Part shown: positions 1-12,321 of the stretch, one piece after another | Numbering within the stretch: position 1 is the first letter of the stretch | Layout of the letters: each line of letters begins with the position of its first letter | DNA from: Eledone cirrhosa | Lineage: Eukaryota | Length of the DNA stretch: 64,000 bases | Reading direction: 5' to 3' | Assembly: GCA_964016885.1 (NCBI GenBank) | Contig: OZ024749.1 | Span: forward strand, 48,298,001 to 48,362,000 | The notes under the pieces: generated by a model | The model's input: the letters and a program-made list of their open reading frames with translations, nothing else | Databases searched by the model: none | Told to the model about the DNA's origin: nothing | Program-made: the position numbers and the translations under genes

Positions 1-98
1 CAACATCAACATCACCTTTATTATTATTATTGTTGTGGTTGTTGCTAGTGGTGTTAGTCGACATGGTCGTAGGCGTAGTCATAGTAGAAGTAATAGCC

Positions 99-480
99 TT
101 AAGTATGATTTAGCTTGGGTTGGAATTTATCAATAAAGCTATTTTCTTTAATTTTTCAATTAATTTCACTCGGGCTGTGTAGTTTGTAGAAAGGAAATAT
201 AAATATTTTCTGACCACATGTTGCTAGATGGTTACTCTGGGGTATATGACGGACATTTTGGGTCTCTGATTTGCTGCAGGTGCAGCCGTGCACGTTCCGA
301 TAGTGCATTTCCAGTTTGACCGACATATAGTTCTTCATAATTCGGGCATTTAATGCAGTAAATTAGATTTCTGCTTTTGCAGTTCATATTTCATTTAGGA
401 ATATTTTTCTAGTTTTTGTGTTCATATATTGACCAGTATGTATGAACAGACATGTACCAAATCGACTATCCTTGCATTTA
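99..480 (-). pseudogene. PLE GIY-YIG endonuclease domain (frameshifted)
   Basis: Manual translation of ~390-255 gives NMNCKSRNLIYCIKCPNYEELYVGQTGNALSERARLHLQQI (LIY...YVG = GIY-YIG, with conserved R and H). The degenerate Cys linker CKDSRFGTC lies upstream. Confidence 0.88.
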
Positions 481-991
481 GATACAGTGAATGATTGCTC
501 TTTGCTGTTAAGGTCAAACTTTGACTTTGTTAGTAATTGCTTCACATTTTTCGGCTGTCTTTTACTAAGAATCAAACCTCGGTATTTGATTAAACCTTTT
601 AATTCAATACTTTGAGCAATGATCGGTAGGTTTGCTTTGGCAGTGTTGAAGATATTCTGGTGAAATCGGTTGTGTCATTATACATGGTATGACCAGTTCT
701 TGGTTTCTTCTTCCTTGGGTTGTCCTACGTGGTTGTATAGGTATTTTTATAGCCCGCTGTATGCCATTTTCTATAAGTAGAGATGGGTATTTTCGTTTGC
801 ACAAAAATCCTCTCAGTTCTGTTAGGCGTTTGTTCCTGGTATTCGTATCTTCTACAATGGTACACATTCTTCTGGCTAGGCAGTATGGGATGTTCCGCTT
901 TGTAAGAGGTGGATGGCACGACTTTAAATTCAGATATTGATGAGTGTCTGTGTGTTTATAGTATATATATGTGGTAATGGTGGTGTGGTTT

Positions 992-1177
992 TGGATTGGC
1001 AGTATTGCTAGAGGGTCGGACGTCATGCTTTGACGCATAGAGTTACATTCCTTTCCGTTCTGAGTTCAAATCCCGCCGAGGACAACTTTGCCTTTCATCC
1101 TTACGGGTCGATAAAATAAAGTACCAGTAATGTACTAGGTTATTTTATGGCCTTGTGCCAAAAGTAGAAACAATTAT
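992..1177 (+). mobile_element. tRNA-derived SINE (octopus-type) nested in the PLE RT gene
   Basis: A-box-like TGGCAGTATTG, B-box GAGTTCAAATCCC, central block GCCTTTCATCCTTAC(G)GGGTCGATAAAATAAAGTACCAGT and tail GGCCTTGTGCCAAAAGTAGAAACAATTAT. It separates FLDI from NHTTITT of the PLE, and many copies occur in the window. Confidence 0.9.
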
Positions 1178-2290
1178 ATCTAGGAATGTTAATTTGGTAC
1201 TACTCATCTCTTTTGTAAATTGGAGAGATGGGTGTAGGTTATTCAGGAGGATATTGAACTCATCCAGAGTATCTAGAGATTCTGTCCAGATGATGAAACA
1301 GTCGTCAATGTATCTCTTCCAAGACTTGTTAATGTACTTTCTAAATTCAGTGCTATATTTTTCCTCTATTTCTTGGTAGAGTTGTTGTTCTAAATATCCC
1401 ATTACAGAGTTCTCGTAAACGGGAGCAAACTTCGTTCCCATCGCTGTGCCTCTAATTTGGATGTAATTATTTCCATTGAAGAAGAAAGTGTTGTTTTCCA
1501 GAATAAGTCTGACGACGTCTAATATAAATGGCACTGTGAATCTGGTGGGAATCAATTCTCTATGTTTTTCCACACAGTATTTAACCGCCTTTATTCCTAA
1601 ATCATGTGTAATGTTGGTGTAAAGACTTACCACATCAGAACTAAGTAGAAGTGAATTCGTTTCCGTGGTTTTAGGATGATGCACCAGGAAGTCCATATCA
1701 TCTCGGATGAAACAGGGTATGTGAATACATAGTGGTTTCAAAATAATGTCAACAAAATTGCTTAGACGGTGGGTAGGTTATGTTGGACCAACAATAATAG
1801 GTCTAAGTTTTAAGTCTTTGGGGTGTAGTAATTTAATGTACTCACTCTTTTGTTCTTTTACTGCCAGTTGGATTTCTTTTGACTTATGCATGTTTGGTAA
1901 TCCAAAAAGTTGCTGGGTTTGGGCTCAAAATAGGTGATGTAGTCTCTTTCATTATCAGTAAGTGAGTTGAAGCCAGGTTTTGAAGCCCGGTTGTTGATCT
2001 TCTTCATGATGTTGTGGTCTATATTTGACGGTATTTCATGGTAGAATGTTGTGTCTTTCAGTTGTTCCACAACCAAATCTTTGTAGTATTCAGCATCCAT
2101 TATAAGGATTGCACCCTCTTTATCTGCTTGCTTAATTATTATTGGTCTATCATTTTGTATACGTTTAAGTGCATACATTTCCGATTTGTTAATGTTTGGC
2201 CTAACAATAGTATTACGTCTAAGAGGAAATTTAGACAGGATAGCAATGAATTGGTCAATATAGATATTTCTTCCTTTTGGCGGAGTGAAA
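1178..2290 (-). pseudogene. PLE reverse transcriptase domain (frameshifted)
   Basis: ORFs 1145-1741 and 1858-2322 contain RT motifs A (DVVSLYTNI), B (GTAMG) and C (YIDD); frameshifts lie between the pieces. Confidence 0.92.
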
Positions 2291-2349
2291 TGGTAATAAA
2301 AAAACGACACCACCATTAACACGGATATATACTATAAACACACAGACAC

Positions 2350-2353
<4 letters not shown>
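2291..2353 (+). mobile_element. Inverted duplicate of an internal PLE segment at the element's 5' junction
   Basis: ACACCACCATTAACACGGATATATACTATAAACACACAGACACCCAT matches the reverse complement of ~940-987 (encodes ..DIYYKHTDTH) and is followed by (TA)n. Confidence 0.85.
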
Positions 2354-2384
<31 letters not shown>

Positions 2385-2510
2385 AAGTTTTATTTAAATT
2401 GTTGGGTTACAACGAGTAAATATTTATAACTGATATAAAAGCACTCAACAAGTATTTGGAGTATATTTACGATATTAAATAAATGGAAACTATATTTATA
2501 AAACCATATT

Positions 2511-2576
2511 TATATCATTATATATATTTCGGGGATATCATATAAAAAATATGGTATGCCTTCATCAGACAAAATA
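2511..2576 (-). ncRNA. Minimal type-I hammerhead ribozyme motif (mirror copy)
   Basis: Reverse complement reads TATTTTGT-CTGATGA-AGGCATACCATAT..ATATGATATCCCC-GAAA-TATATA-TA-ATGATATA. Confidence 0.75.
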
Positions 2577-2664
2577 CAATATAAACAGTCTTATAAATAG
2601 ATAGATTTGACATACCTTACAACTTCAACTTCCATTTAAAAAGTGTATAAGACTGTTTATATTG

Positions 2665-2730
2665 TATTTTGTCTGATGAAGGCATACCATATTTTTAATA
2701 TGATATCCCTGAAATATATATAATGAAATA
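2665..2730 (+). ncRNA. Minimal type-I hammerhead ribozyme motif
   Basis: Stem I TATTTTGT/ATGAAATA; CTGATGA 2673-2679; stem II AGGCATACCATAT..ATATGATATCCCT; GAAA 2711-2714; short stem III T-ATAT-A; UH = TA 2721-2722. Confidence 0.78.
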
Positions 2731-2770
2731 AATATGGTTTTATAAATATAGTTTCCATTTATTTAATATC

Positions 2771-2820
<50 letters not shown>

Positions 2821-2974
2821 TCGTATGTGGTCGATCGCTTAGAGACAAAGTCCTCAATATCGAAGTAGAACTGTGTTATTCATTTTATTAAAGAACAATT
2901 GTAAGTCTTGCTACTCCGATAAATAGGCGATACTCCAGAGTAAGAGGACTCTCTATTAAGTCTTATTAAAATGA

Positions 2975-3012
<38 letters not shown>

Positions 3013-3607
3013 AGAGAGAGAGAGGGAGAGAGAGAAAAAGGGAGAGAGATATGAATGGGAAGAATAAGTAATTATGATAGATTATAACTCTGAATTTCAA
3101 ATCAATAAAATACACTTTTGACTTTCAGAACGTGAATAAACTAGATATTCTATGTTTAAATTCTGGTACACGCAGATAATATACAAAAGCATACACACAT
3201 ATACTCGTCCATATATGCAGACATACACGCATGAATATATACACAGAGAGAAGGAGAAATATAGTGAAATACATTTTATGTGAGTCTTGGTGGAGAAAAT
3301 TATCTATTAGAAGAAGTGTATACGGAGTTAAATTTAGTCTGTTTTCTTTAGATGTACACGTTCTTTCTTTTTTACAGTTTTACGTTCCCTCTGATAGCTA
3401 TTCTTTTTCTACAGTTTTGTCATGAATAATACATAAATTGAACATTATTTAATAATCCGATTTCCAAGATATGATGCACATTGGTCTCTTGAAATTTCAA
3501 TAAAATGCCAATCCCGTTCAAAGTATATCTTATGATTTACTACTATACTTCTTTAATCCTTTAACATAGTATTACCGAATAAAATAAAATGTTGTGTTCC
3601 ATGAACA

Positions 3608-4160
<553 letters not shown>

Positions 4161-5193
4161 ATTGGCTTTCGTTTATCTAATTGTCAATTTTATTCACTGC
4201 ACATCCACGAAACTGTATTATTATATTAGGAAATGTATCCAGATTACTATTATAGTTTGGGGATGAAGACGTTTATGGAAAAATCTATATCGATTACAAA
4301 ATAACACAATTTGCCGTTGTTGTTTTAACCCAGGATTTATTTATTTGCAATATAATGTCTATTTAATACAAGCACATACAACGATAATCAGGTTGGAAGT
4401 CTAGAAAAGCGTGGTCGGGTTCATTGGCTTGCATGGTATAACAACAATTCATCCCTAAGTTTAAACAATACGCTATTGAATGTTAGTTATCTGTAGATAG
4501 CAATCTTACAATGTTAGCAATGCTATAAAAAATAAAGTGTTGGCCATGAATGGAACACGTTTGAAAATATCAACCATACTTGATTTTAGACGTATAATAT
4601 TACTTTTCAAAACAAGAGGTGGTGTTGGTTATAATGAAAGAAAAAAACGAAAAAACAAAACAAACAAGAACAATTGACAAAAGATCCTTTCAACATAAGA
4701 TGATAAATTATGTTTTTTGTGTTGAGATATCAATGTTATCAGACTATATGTCTCAATGTTTTTGTAATCTGTTTCTTTGTCTACCTCTAACTATATATCT
4801 TATTCTTAATCCATACCTTAATCTATTTCCTAATTTCTCTATCAGCATATATCCCATTCTATTTTTTATTCTATGCATCAATTTGTTTTTTAGTCACTTG
4901 CTATTACATATCTATATCTTATTATTTGTCACATTCTTTTTCTCAAATATTTACTAAACAGGTTTCAATTAATGTGTCAACCAGTGTATCTGCTTATGCA
5001 TCCATCATTCTATCAATAAGTGTCGCAATTTATAACACAATAGCTTCTTCATCATGTGTCTTATTTCGTGTATAAATCTCTGATAATATTTATATATCAA
5101 TCTATGTTTCAAATAGTGTGTCAATCATTTTCAACATTCATATGTCACACTCAGTGCCTCAAATACACACACACATACACACACATAGATACA

Positions 5194-5227
<34 letters not shown>

Positions 5228-5287
5228 GATACACACAAACACACACACATACACCCACACACCCACCCACACACACACACGTATATA

Positions 5288-5319
<32 letters not shown>

Positions 5320-5518
5320 GTTGTCGTAAAGTTGTAATTAGATGCGTCCGTGGGCGGTATACTGTATGAGTACTCGATGCTCACGCAGAGCAGAGTGTAT
5401 TTTTATAATGCTTTGAAAACGCAAGATATATCTGAGGAACTTGCGAATACAGATCCTGTCCTGAGCTGATCGATGGAGAAACATGTAATGTGTGAATAAA
5501 TTGTGTGTTCATGCATTA

Positions 5519-5675
5519 CTGAGTCCTAGTTAAGGGTGATAGCAGCGATTCTTTGTTTAAACTTTAATCTATTATTTTAATAAATATTTGCTCTACGGTT
5601 CTTATATATTTGATATATATTTATCCTTATCGAGCCCTCTTTCTATTTTCTTCTTCAAATTTATTATTATTACTA
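5519..5675 (+). repeat. Dispersed repeat family D ending at (TA)n; degenerate HHR-like block
   Basis: 5525-5587 matches 58417-58478 in the same orientation; 5626-5675 matches 58357-58406 in inverted orientation. Confidence 0.75.
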
Positions 5676-7352
5676 TATATATATTTCCATATGTATTTGA
5701 AGGACGGGTAAATAGAGTGCTCAATACCGATGAAGATGATAATTATCCATTTAGAATGTATACGTAGGGAGTATTGTTACTCTGGGTTACCAATGTGCAC
5801 AACCAGCATCCTCAGACTCATGTGTGCGATGTGCTGAAACTCCAGTCTCACCAACCCCACTACTTAGCAATAATAAATGAATATAGATAACGGATTGGTA
5901 TCCGTTGCTAGAAATGTGTTCTATTTCTTCTTGTGGTTTGTGTCTAAAGCAGATGTGTCACTTTTTATATCAATCTACGTCATTATTGATATCCCTCTTA
6001 CTGCCTGATCTTATGCCTTTGTTTACATCTCAGTGTTAGGCCCCTTATGTATGACAATCTATGCCTTAATCTCTGTCAAATTCTTTATACCAATTTGTAT
6101 CTCACTGTCAGGATCTCAATATATATCGCAGTTAGTGTTTAAATCTGTCTTTCAATATATTTCCTCCTGTTTCTGAGTAAATAATATAATTGACAGGGAT
6201 AACAAATGCATGCGGAATTGCAGTGAAGACGCGATATATGTTCACGGACAACGACAATTTCCTTATCAAGTGTCCAATGCAGTTTCCCTCCTTCTACATA
6301 TGAACATATATTCTCTGACAATTCTTAATTTCTATGAACATGATATCTATAATAGCATTCTATTTCATCGTACAAGCAGATTAGTTTTTCTCTTGTAAAT
6401 AGGATCCATCATTTTGGCCCTCCGTGATTGAAATGTGTTTGGGACACAACGAATTATTAACGACGTAAGGGCAGTATTGAAGCTGTCAAACACTATGTCA
6501 CTATGTGCTGGTTATCTACGTAAGATATATAAGCTTGAGTAAAAGGTAGAACAAGTTAGAAAAGAGAATATATATTAAAAGTAATGTGAACCTTCCAACC
6601 TAAACGTATTATCGATGTAAATAAAGCTAAACAGCAAATAACATATTCCAAATTTCTTCCATCAAAACATATTCTTATCCACTTTATTTTCCTTCGTCAA
6701 ATACTATTAGTAGACATTCAACATTTCATTCCAAAACTAAGTTGTTGTATTTATATCGGTTATTTCATGAAAACGCGTCAGAAATTATCGGGGTCGATAT
6801 CCCACTATACTTATCGACACCAATATAATTATCGGATATTTCTGAAACACGTGAAGTTATCTTGATATAGGCATATATGTCCATACATTGCACAAACATG
6901 AGTGGTGGTAGTGGTTACGAAATTCTTGATGTTATACCTTCTGTTTAAGCTGGAATAATGTTAGTGAAATAATTCATGTTCAGCAAGGCATTTTGCATCA
7001 GAATAGGAGCCAGAACATCTGGAAATAATATGTGATATGACATCTCAAAATTGGCTCGAGAAATATTTTTCTCTCATGTGGATAGTAACAACATAAATCA
7101 TATCGATATTTTGTTTTACTTTACTCGACGCCAAAAATCCATGGGAAACATGGATATATATCTCATTATTTATCGTGATAGCATTGGACAATATAACTAT
7201 AAAGAAATTGCCAACACACACACGCGCACATACATACATAGACACATATATATATACATACATATACATATTTATATATATGCATATATATAAATATATA
7301 CATATATTGTATACATATAAATATATACATATTTATATATATATCTATCTAT

Positions 7353-7444
7353 CTAGGGCGCGTAAAATTCCCGAGATCCATGGACGAGTTCTCTCCAGCG
7401 GTCTATGTCCCTCATTATCGCTGCCATGTCCTGCGTCTCCAACA
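7353..7444 (-). mobile_element. RTE-clade LINE 3'-end fragment
   Basis: Highly similar to 58539-58630 (..LETQDMAAIMRDxDRW); lies between (TA)-rich tracts. Confidence 0.8.
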
Positions 7445-7445
7445 T

Positions 7446-7477
<32 letters not shown>

Positions 7478-8736
7478 GTGTGTGTATGTGTGTGTGTGTG
7501 TATGCATGTGGTCATGTTGCCTACAGAAATATGTAATGGTGTCTAAATAAATTTTGTCGTTTGTGGATAATTTCTGATAGGTTATTCCCCCTGGACATTG
7601 ATAAATCTAAATCATATATTTACTGCGGGGACATTTTAAGTTAAGACATATGCTCTGGGTTAATTGCATTTTGGATTTTTCCCCTCTATATAAATAACTA
7701 ACCAATATCACCTGCAGCGAATGTTTTACATACGCAATCTTCACCAAACCAACGTCACATCATTAGCCTACACGGCAACACCAATTTGTAGCACACCGAG
7801 CACTACATTACAAATACCAGCTCCGAAATCTATATTATATCAACTATATAAACCACAACATTAACCTAGACATCAACGTCTTCGCAACAACTTCAGCAAA
7901 CATAACATTTCTACAGTAAACACAACTGAAATGTTCAAAACTATATGACTACTTCATTACAATTTAAAGGCTACAAAAATAACATTATGTACACTTAAAT
8001 GTTAACCATTTCTATGATTACAACCTATATCAGAACTGCTGTCTACGAGAACCAAATTAAATAAACGTAAAATTACACTTCAACATCAACTTCACACCAC
8101 ACCATTTGACGACTCTACAAAAGCAACCTATCTTACAAATTAGTAAGACTTGAATTTTCTATCCAATATTCAGGCGTTTCATATTGGCATTTTTTTTCGT
8201 TGTTGTTTTGGCTTTGTTATTATTGATGTCGTTTTCTTATGTGTTAATTAGCTCCCGGTCAGCCTTAGTCCCGCAGAAATTTCATTAAAAACGTGATAAC
8301 ACCAACTGTTTTTTGTTACATTTTTTTTGTATTTTCTCTTTATAGACTGCGTGGATCCAGACTAGAGGCTTATGATGTATACCTAAGAAAGTATGGTTAG
8401 TTTTGCAAGTTATTTGCCTCTCGCAATGTAGCAGGTTTCAAGCTGGGGCTTATTTCTTTTGCTGCTATCATTCTTGATGTTTTGTCGTAGTTTAACCCGA
8501 GGCTAATTCCAATCGAGAATTATTTTTAGCACGACATCCTGGTTTGCATGACCCAGGAATGTTTAATATATCCTTCTGTATTATACATACGAGATGTTTC
8601 ACTCCACAACTCTATGTAGATCTATACATTCTAAAGTTTCTGAAGTATCTATTCGGTCAAAATTAATATATGTTGCAATATATCCTTCCTTTTACACTAA
8701 TAGTTTTCGTTGAATTATTATTTCGACAAATATAGA

Positions 8737-8775
<39 letters not shown>

Positions 8776-9267
8776 GGCATCTAAGGTCAAACAGCGAGAT
8801 CCAATCACACATCCATGTCATTTACACTTAATGTAGCTACATATGTAAATCAGCAGCTGGACTTAAGTACCATGTATGGCACCATCACAACAAATGGATG
8901 TGAAGACTGGTGAACCCTCATACGACGATATACGACGGGAGAGCCCAACATATATGGTGTGTCTGTATTAAGGGAAGATAAAATGGGCTCGATAGATGCA
9001 GGCGCGACCAACCAACTTCATTTGCGTAAATTTTCCATTGATAAGTATTGAAAAAAAAAATGTAATATACATAAATGAACATTGGTCCGTGAGTTCGTTA
9101 TTCATGTCTCTTTAAAAAATTCTAAATATTTTTGATTAACCTATGTAGATTATATTAATCAATTTAAAAGAGATAATATCACAAACATTGTATTCCAGTC
9201 TACTAAACCTGATATATTATCTGAAAAGACAGACTTGTTGCATTTATAACATTAATGCTTTTTATAT

Positions 9268-9301
<34 letters not shown>

Positions 9302-9759
9302 TTACGAAAACACATGTGTGACACCGCATACATATAGTGTATAAATGTGCACATATCATTTCTCATGTGAAAACTTTCGGAAATACGGCATATTAATATA
9401 TACACTTATCGGAGAAACCTCATAAACACTCATCGAATAATTAATTAATTATGGAATTTAATTAATGATACTTGTTTACTTAGAACTGGTCGATTTTACA
9501 ACGTCTTTGTGTTGCTACGAAATATTCGAAAGGAGGTATATCTCTGCAGTGTCCTGCTGCTGTTGTTGCTTCTGCTGTTTCTACAAATGCTGTTATTGGA
9601 ACTGCTGATATTATTGTTGCTTCGTTAGCTAAAACAATTTCTACTGCTGTACATATTTTTTTTTCTTGTCTTCTGTTCATATGATATTGATGTTGGCCAT
9701 AATGATGGCGTGGCGATGAAGAAGGCGAGTGTTGGAGCGGCTGCTGATGGCGATAAGGA

Positions 9760-9878
9760 TAATTGTTTCTACTTTTGGCACAAGGCCAGCAATTAACCAG
9801 TGTATTACTGGTACTTTATTTTATCGACCCCATACGGATGAAAGGCAAAGTTAACCCCTACCGATACTGCCAATCCAC
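9760..9878 (-). mobile_element. SINE copy with internal deletion
   Basis: Reverse complement of the SINE tail and central block, joined directly to the head GGATTGGCAGTATCGGTAG. Confidence 0.85.
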
Positions 9879-9936
9879 GATAAGGATAATGACGATAACG
9901 TCGATTAAGTTGGGACAGTATATTGTGATTTAGATA

Positions 9937-10209
9937 ATGATGATGATGATGATGATGATGGTCATAGTGATGATGATGGTGATGCTCATGATTGTCATGA
10001 TGATGATGATGATGATGATGGCGTTGATGATGACGCCCGTGTCGATGATGGTGCTGGTGATGATGATGATTACGGCGATGATGATGATGGTGATGATGAC
10101 GATGATGATGATGATGATGACGATGATGACGATGGCGATGATGATGATGATGATGATGATGCTGATTGTGATGGTGATGGTGATGATTATTATTATTATT
10201 CATAATAAT
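9937..10209. repeat. Degenerate (ATG)n/(ATT)n trinucleotide tract
   Basis: Directly visible; source of the poly-H and poly-M pseudo-ORFs. Confidence 0.95.
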
Positions 10210-10381
10210 AATTGTTTCTACTTTGGGCACAAGGCCAGCAATACCCAGTGCATTACTGGTACTTTATTTTATCGACCCCGTAAGGATGAAAGGCAAAGTC
10301 AACCTCGGCGGGATTTGAACTCATAACTATGCTGGAAAGCATGACGTCCGACCCTCTACCGATACTGCCAATCCACCACCC
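10210..10381 (-). mobile_element. Near full-length SINE
   Basis: Head (A and B boxes), central block and tail all present in reverse complement. Confidence 0.9.
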
Positions 10382-10403
10382 TTATTCATAATAATAATAA
10401 TAA

Positions 10404-10601
10404 TAATTGTTTCTACTGTTGCAACAAGGCCAGAAATTATCCCAGTGTATTACTGGTACTTTATTTTATCGACCCCGTAAGGATGACAGGCAAAGTTAAT
10501 CCCGCCGAGGTTATCTTTGCCTTTCATCCTTACAGGGTTGATAAAATAAAGTACCAGTAATACACTGAGATGATTTCCGGCATTGTGCCAAAGTAGAAAC
10601 A
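10404..10601. mobile_element. Two 5'-truncated SINE halves fused head-to-head (inverted pair)
   Basis: 10404-10498 is the minus-strand 3' half and ~10499-10601 the plus-strand 3' half, with (AAT)n and (ATT)n tails pointing outward. Confidence 0.87.
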
Positions 10602-10603
10602 TA

Positions 10604-10604
<1 letters not shown>

Positions 10605-10639
<35 letters not shown>

Positions 10640-10869
10640 GATGATGATGATGGTGATGATTGTCATGCTGGTCATGGTGATTATTATGACGATGATGATG
10701 ATGATGGTGACGTGGATGACGACGACGACAACGATAACGATGATGATGACGATGTAGATGTTGATGATGACGACGACGGTGGTGATGTCCATGGTGATGT
10801 TGGTGATGACAATGATGAGGATGGTGATATGGAAGATGAAGGTGATGAAGACGATGATGATCATGATGA
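10605..10869. repeat. (ATT)n then degenerate (GAT)n tract
   Basis: Directly visible. Confidence 0.95.
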
Positions 10870-10957
10870 TAGATTGGCAGTAGCGGTAGAGGGTCGGACG
10901 CCACGCTTTGATGCATAGAGTTACGGCCCTTGCCATTCTGAGTTCAAATCCTGCCGA
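10870..10957 (+). mobile_element. SINE tRNA-like head (3'-truncated)
   Basis: GATTGGCAGTAGCGGTAGAGGGTCGGACG...GAGTTCAAATCCTGCCGA. Confidence 0.85.
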
Positions 10958-11023
10958 ATATGAATAATCATTTAGCTCATTTCTGCTTGTAGTAGATAAA
11001 AATTGTCGCCGTTGCTAATTGTA

Positions 11024-11047
11024 CTGCTGCGGCTGCTGCTGCTGCTG

Positions 11048-11101
<54 letters not shown>

Positions 11102-11147
11102 TTACTACTACTACTACTATTGGTGGAGTTGCTGCTACTACTACTAC
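11024..11147. repeat. (CTG)n-(CTA)n microsatellite
   Basis: Directly visible. Confidence 0.95.
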
Positions 11148-11322
11148 AGAGAATAATAATTCTTGAATAAAACAATAGCTAGAATGAATTCGTAATCGAT
11201 GTAATAGTGATTTCAAATTGGAAAACGAACACACACCTACGCGCGCACACACACACACACACACACATACACACACATATACACACACACACATACACCC
11301 CACACACACACACACACAGACT

Positions 11323-11352
<30 letters not shown>

Positions 11353-11353
<1 letters not shown>

Positions 11354-11660
11354 GTTATTATATTTTGGGAGGATCACGCTGCGAATAAAAAAGAAGCACC
11401 AGTTGAAATTAACTTTTTTGTTATAATTTCCAAGTTGCCTAGTTCATTAGCCGGCTGGTTGTTTAGTTGTTGGTTGTCAAATGTATTTCGCCACACATAC
11501 TGTGACATCCACAGTGATTACTTGTGTTACCTTTTCACTACTCTTTGTTGTGTTTTACAACATTTTGTCTTTGTTTATCTGAGGAGTGAATTGTCTTTCA
11601 AATATTAGGTGGGCTTTCAAAATGTTTATTTATTAAACATACCATAGATATACGAAATTC
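11353..11660 (+). repeat. Dispersed repeat between (TA)n tracts (family E); possible PLE-end remnant
   Basis: 11353-11405 resembles 58085-58135 (TTTGGGAGG.TCA.G.TGC.AATAA...GCACCAGTTG). Contains CTGAGGA (11579) and GAAA (11654) joined only by a weak stem. Confidence 0.5.
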
Positions 11661-11826
11661 ATATATATATATATATATATATATGCGTGTGTATATATAT
11701 GAGCGGAGGCCATATTAAGTTGATTAAGTTGATACATATTTACACCTGGGCCATCTATTATGACAATCGAAGCTCTTCACACACACACATACACACATAC
11801 ACACACACACAGAAACACATACACAT

Positions 11827-11865
<39 letters not shown>

Positions 11866-11898
11866 TGTATAAGTATATGGTTGATGTATGCATACACA

Positions 11899-11938
<40 letters not shown>

Positions 11939-12269
11939 TCGTCAATATTATTTGCAATTCTAAATTTGACATGTAAACAGCAATAGGGGAGTGATATTAT
12001 ATTCGATTGTATATAATATTCTATTCGGAGACGTTGATAGTTCTTGTGAGAAAAGTGACCAGTTAGTCCTACGTGCCCTAGAGAGCAGAAGGAAAGCAAC
12101 AACCAAATATAGGTTGTTTTTAAAAGAACAGAAAAGGTATTTTTTGGTATGAAACTCAGGAATGTAAAAGGTCAAATTTTAAAAAGACGGTGACCTTTAA
12201 AAAGCTTTCAAAAGTCGATTCCTGGAAATGATATATAAAAGGAAATGTGTTGTAAACATGCCGTGAGGA

Positions 12270-12321
<52 letters not shown>

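Larger units (their letters stand above)
99..2290 (-). mobile_element. Decayed, 5'-truncated Penelope-like retroelement (Neptune/Poseidon-type; RT + Cys linker + GIY-YIG endonuclease)
   Basis: Frameshifted minus-strand ORF pieces carry PLE motifs in the correct order: FTPPKGRN, IIIKQADKEGAILIMD, SDVVSLYTNI, QIRGTAMGTKFAP, WKRYIDDCFIIW, FLDI, YYKHTDTHQYL..SCHP..KRNIPY, CKDSRFGTC, NCKSRNLIYCIKCPNYEELYVGQTGNALSER..H, ending KFQPKLNHT* at ~99. Confidence 0.93.
2382..2773 (-). mobile_element. Fold-back element, family A (putative PLE terminal repeat with HHRs), between (TA)n tracts
   Basis: Arms ~2468-2595 and ~2646-2773 are near-perfect reverse complements with a ~50-nt spacer. Homologues lie at 43696-44017 and 47109-47600. 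Confidence 0.88.

Noticed and set aside
992-1080. tRNA gene (A and B boxes)
   Set aside because: No cloverleaf; it is the head of a multicopy SINE.
5410-5460. TTGAAAA-CGCAAG..CTTGCG-AATA as another U3-A8 hammerhead
   Set aside because: GAAA, stem III and stem I cannot be placed convincingly.
7690-8140. A/C-skewed stretch suggestive of an old LINE ORF
   Set aside because: No recognisable RT motif could be read.
9805-10936. Poly-His, poly-Met and poly-Asp ORFs
   Set aside because: Trinucleotide tracts fused to SINE sequence; no coding signal.
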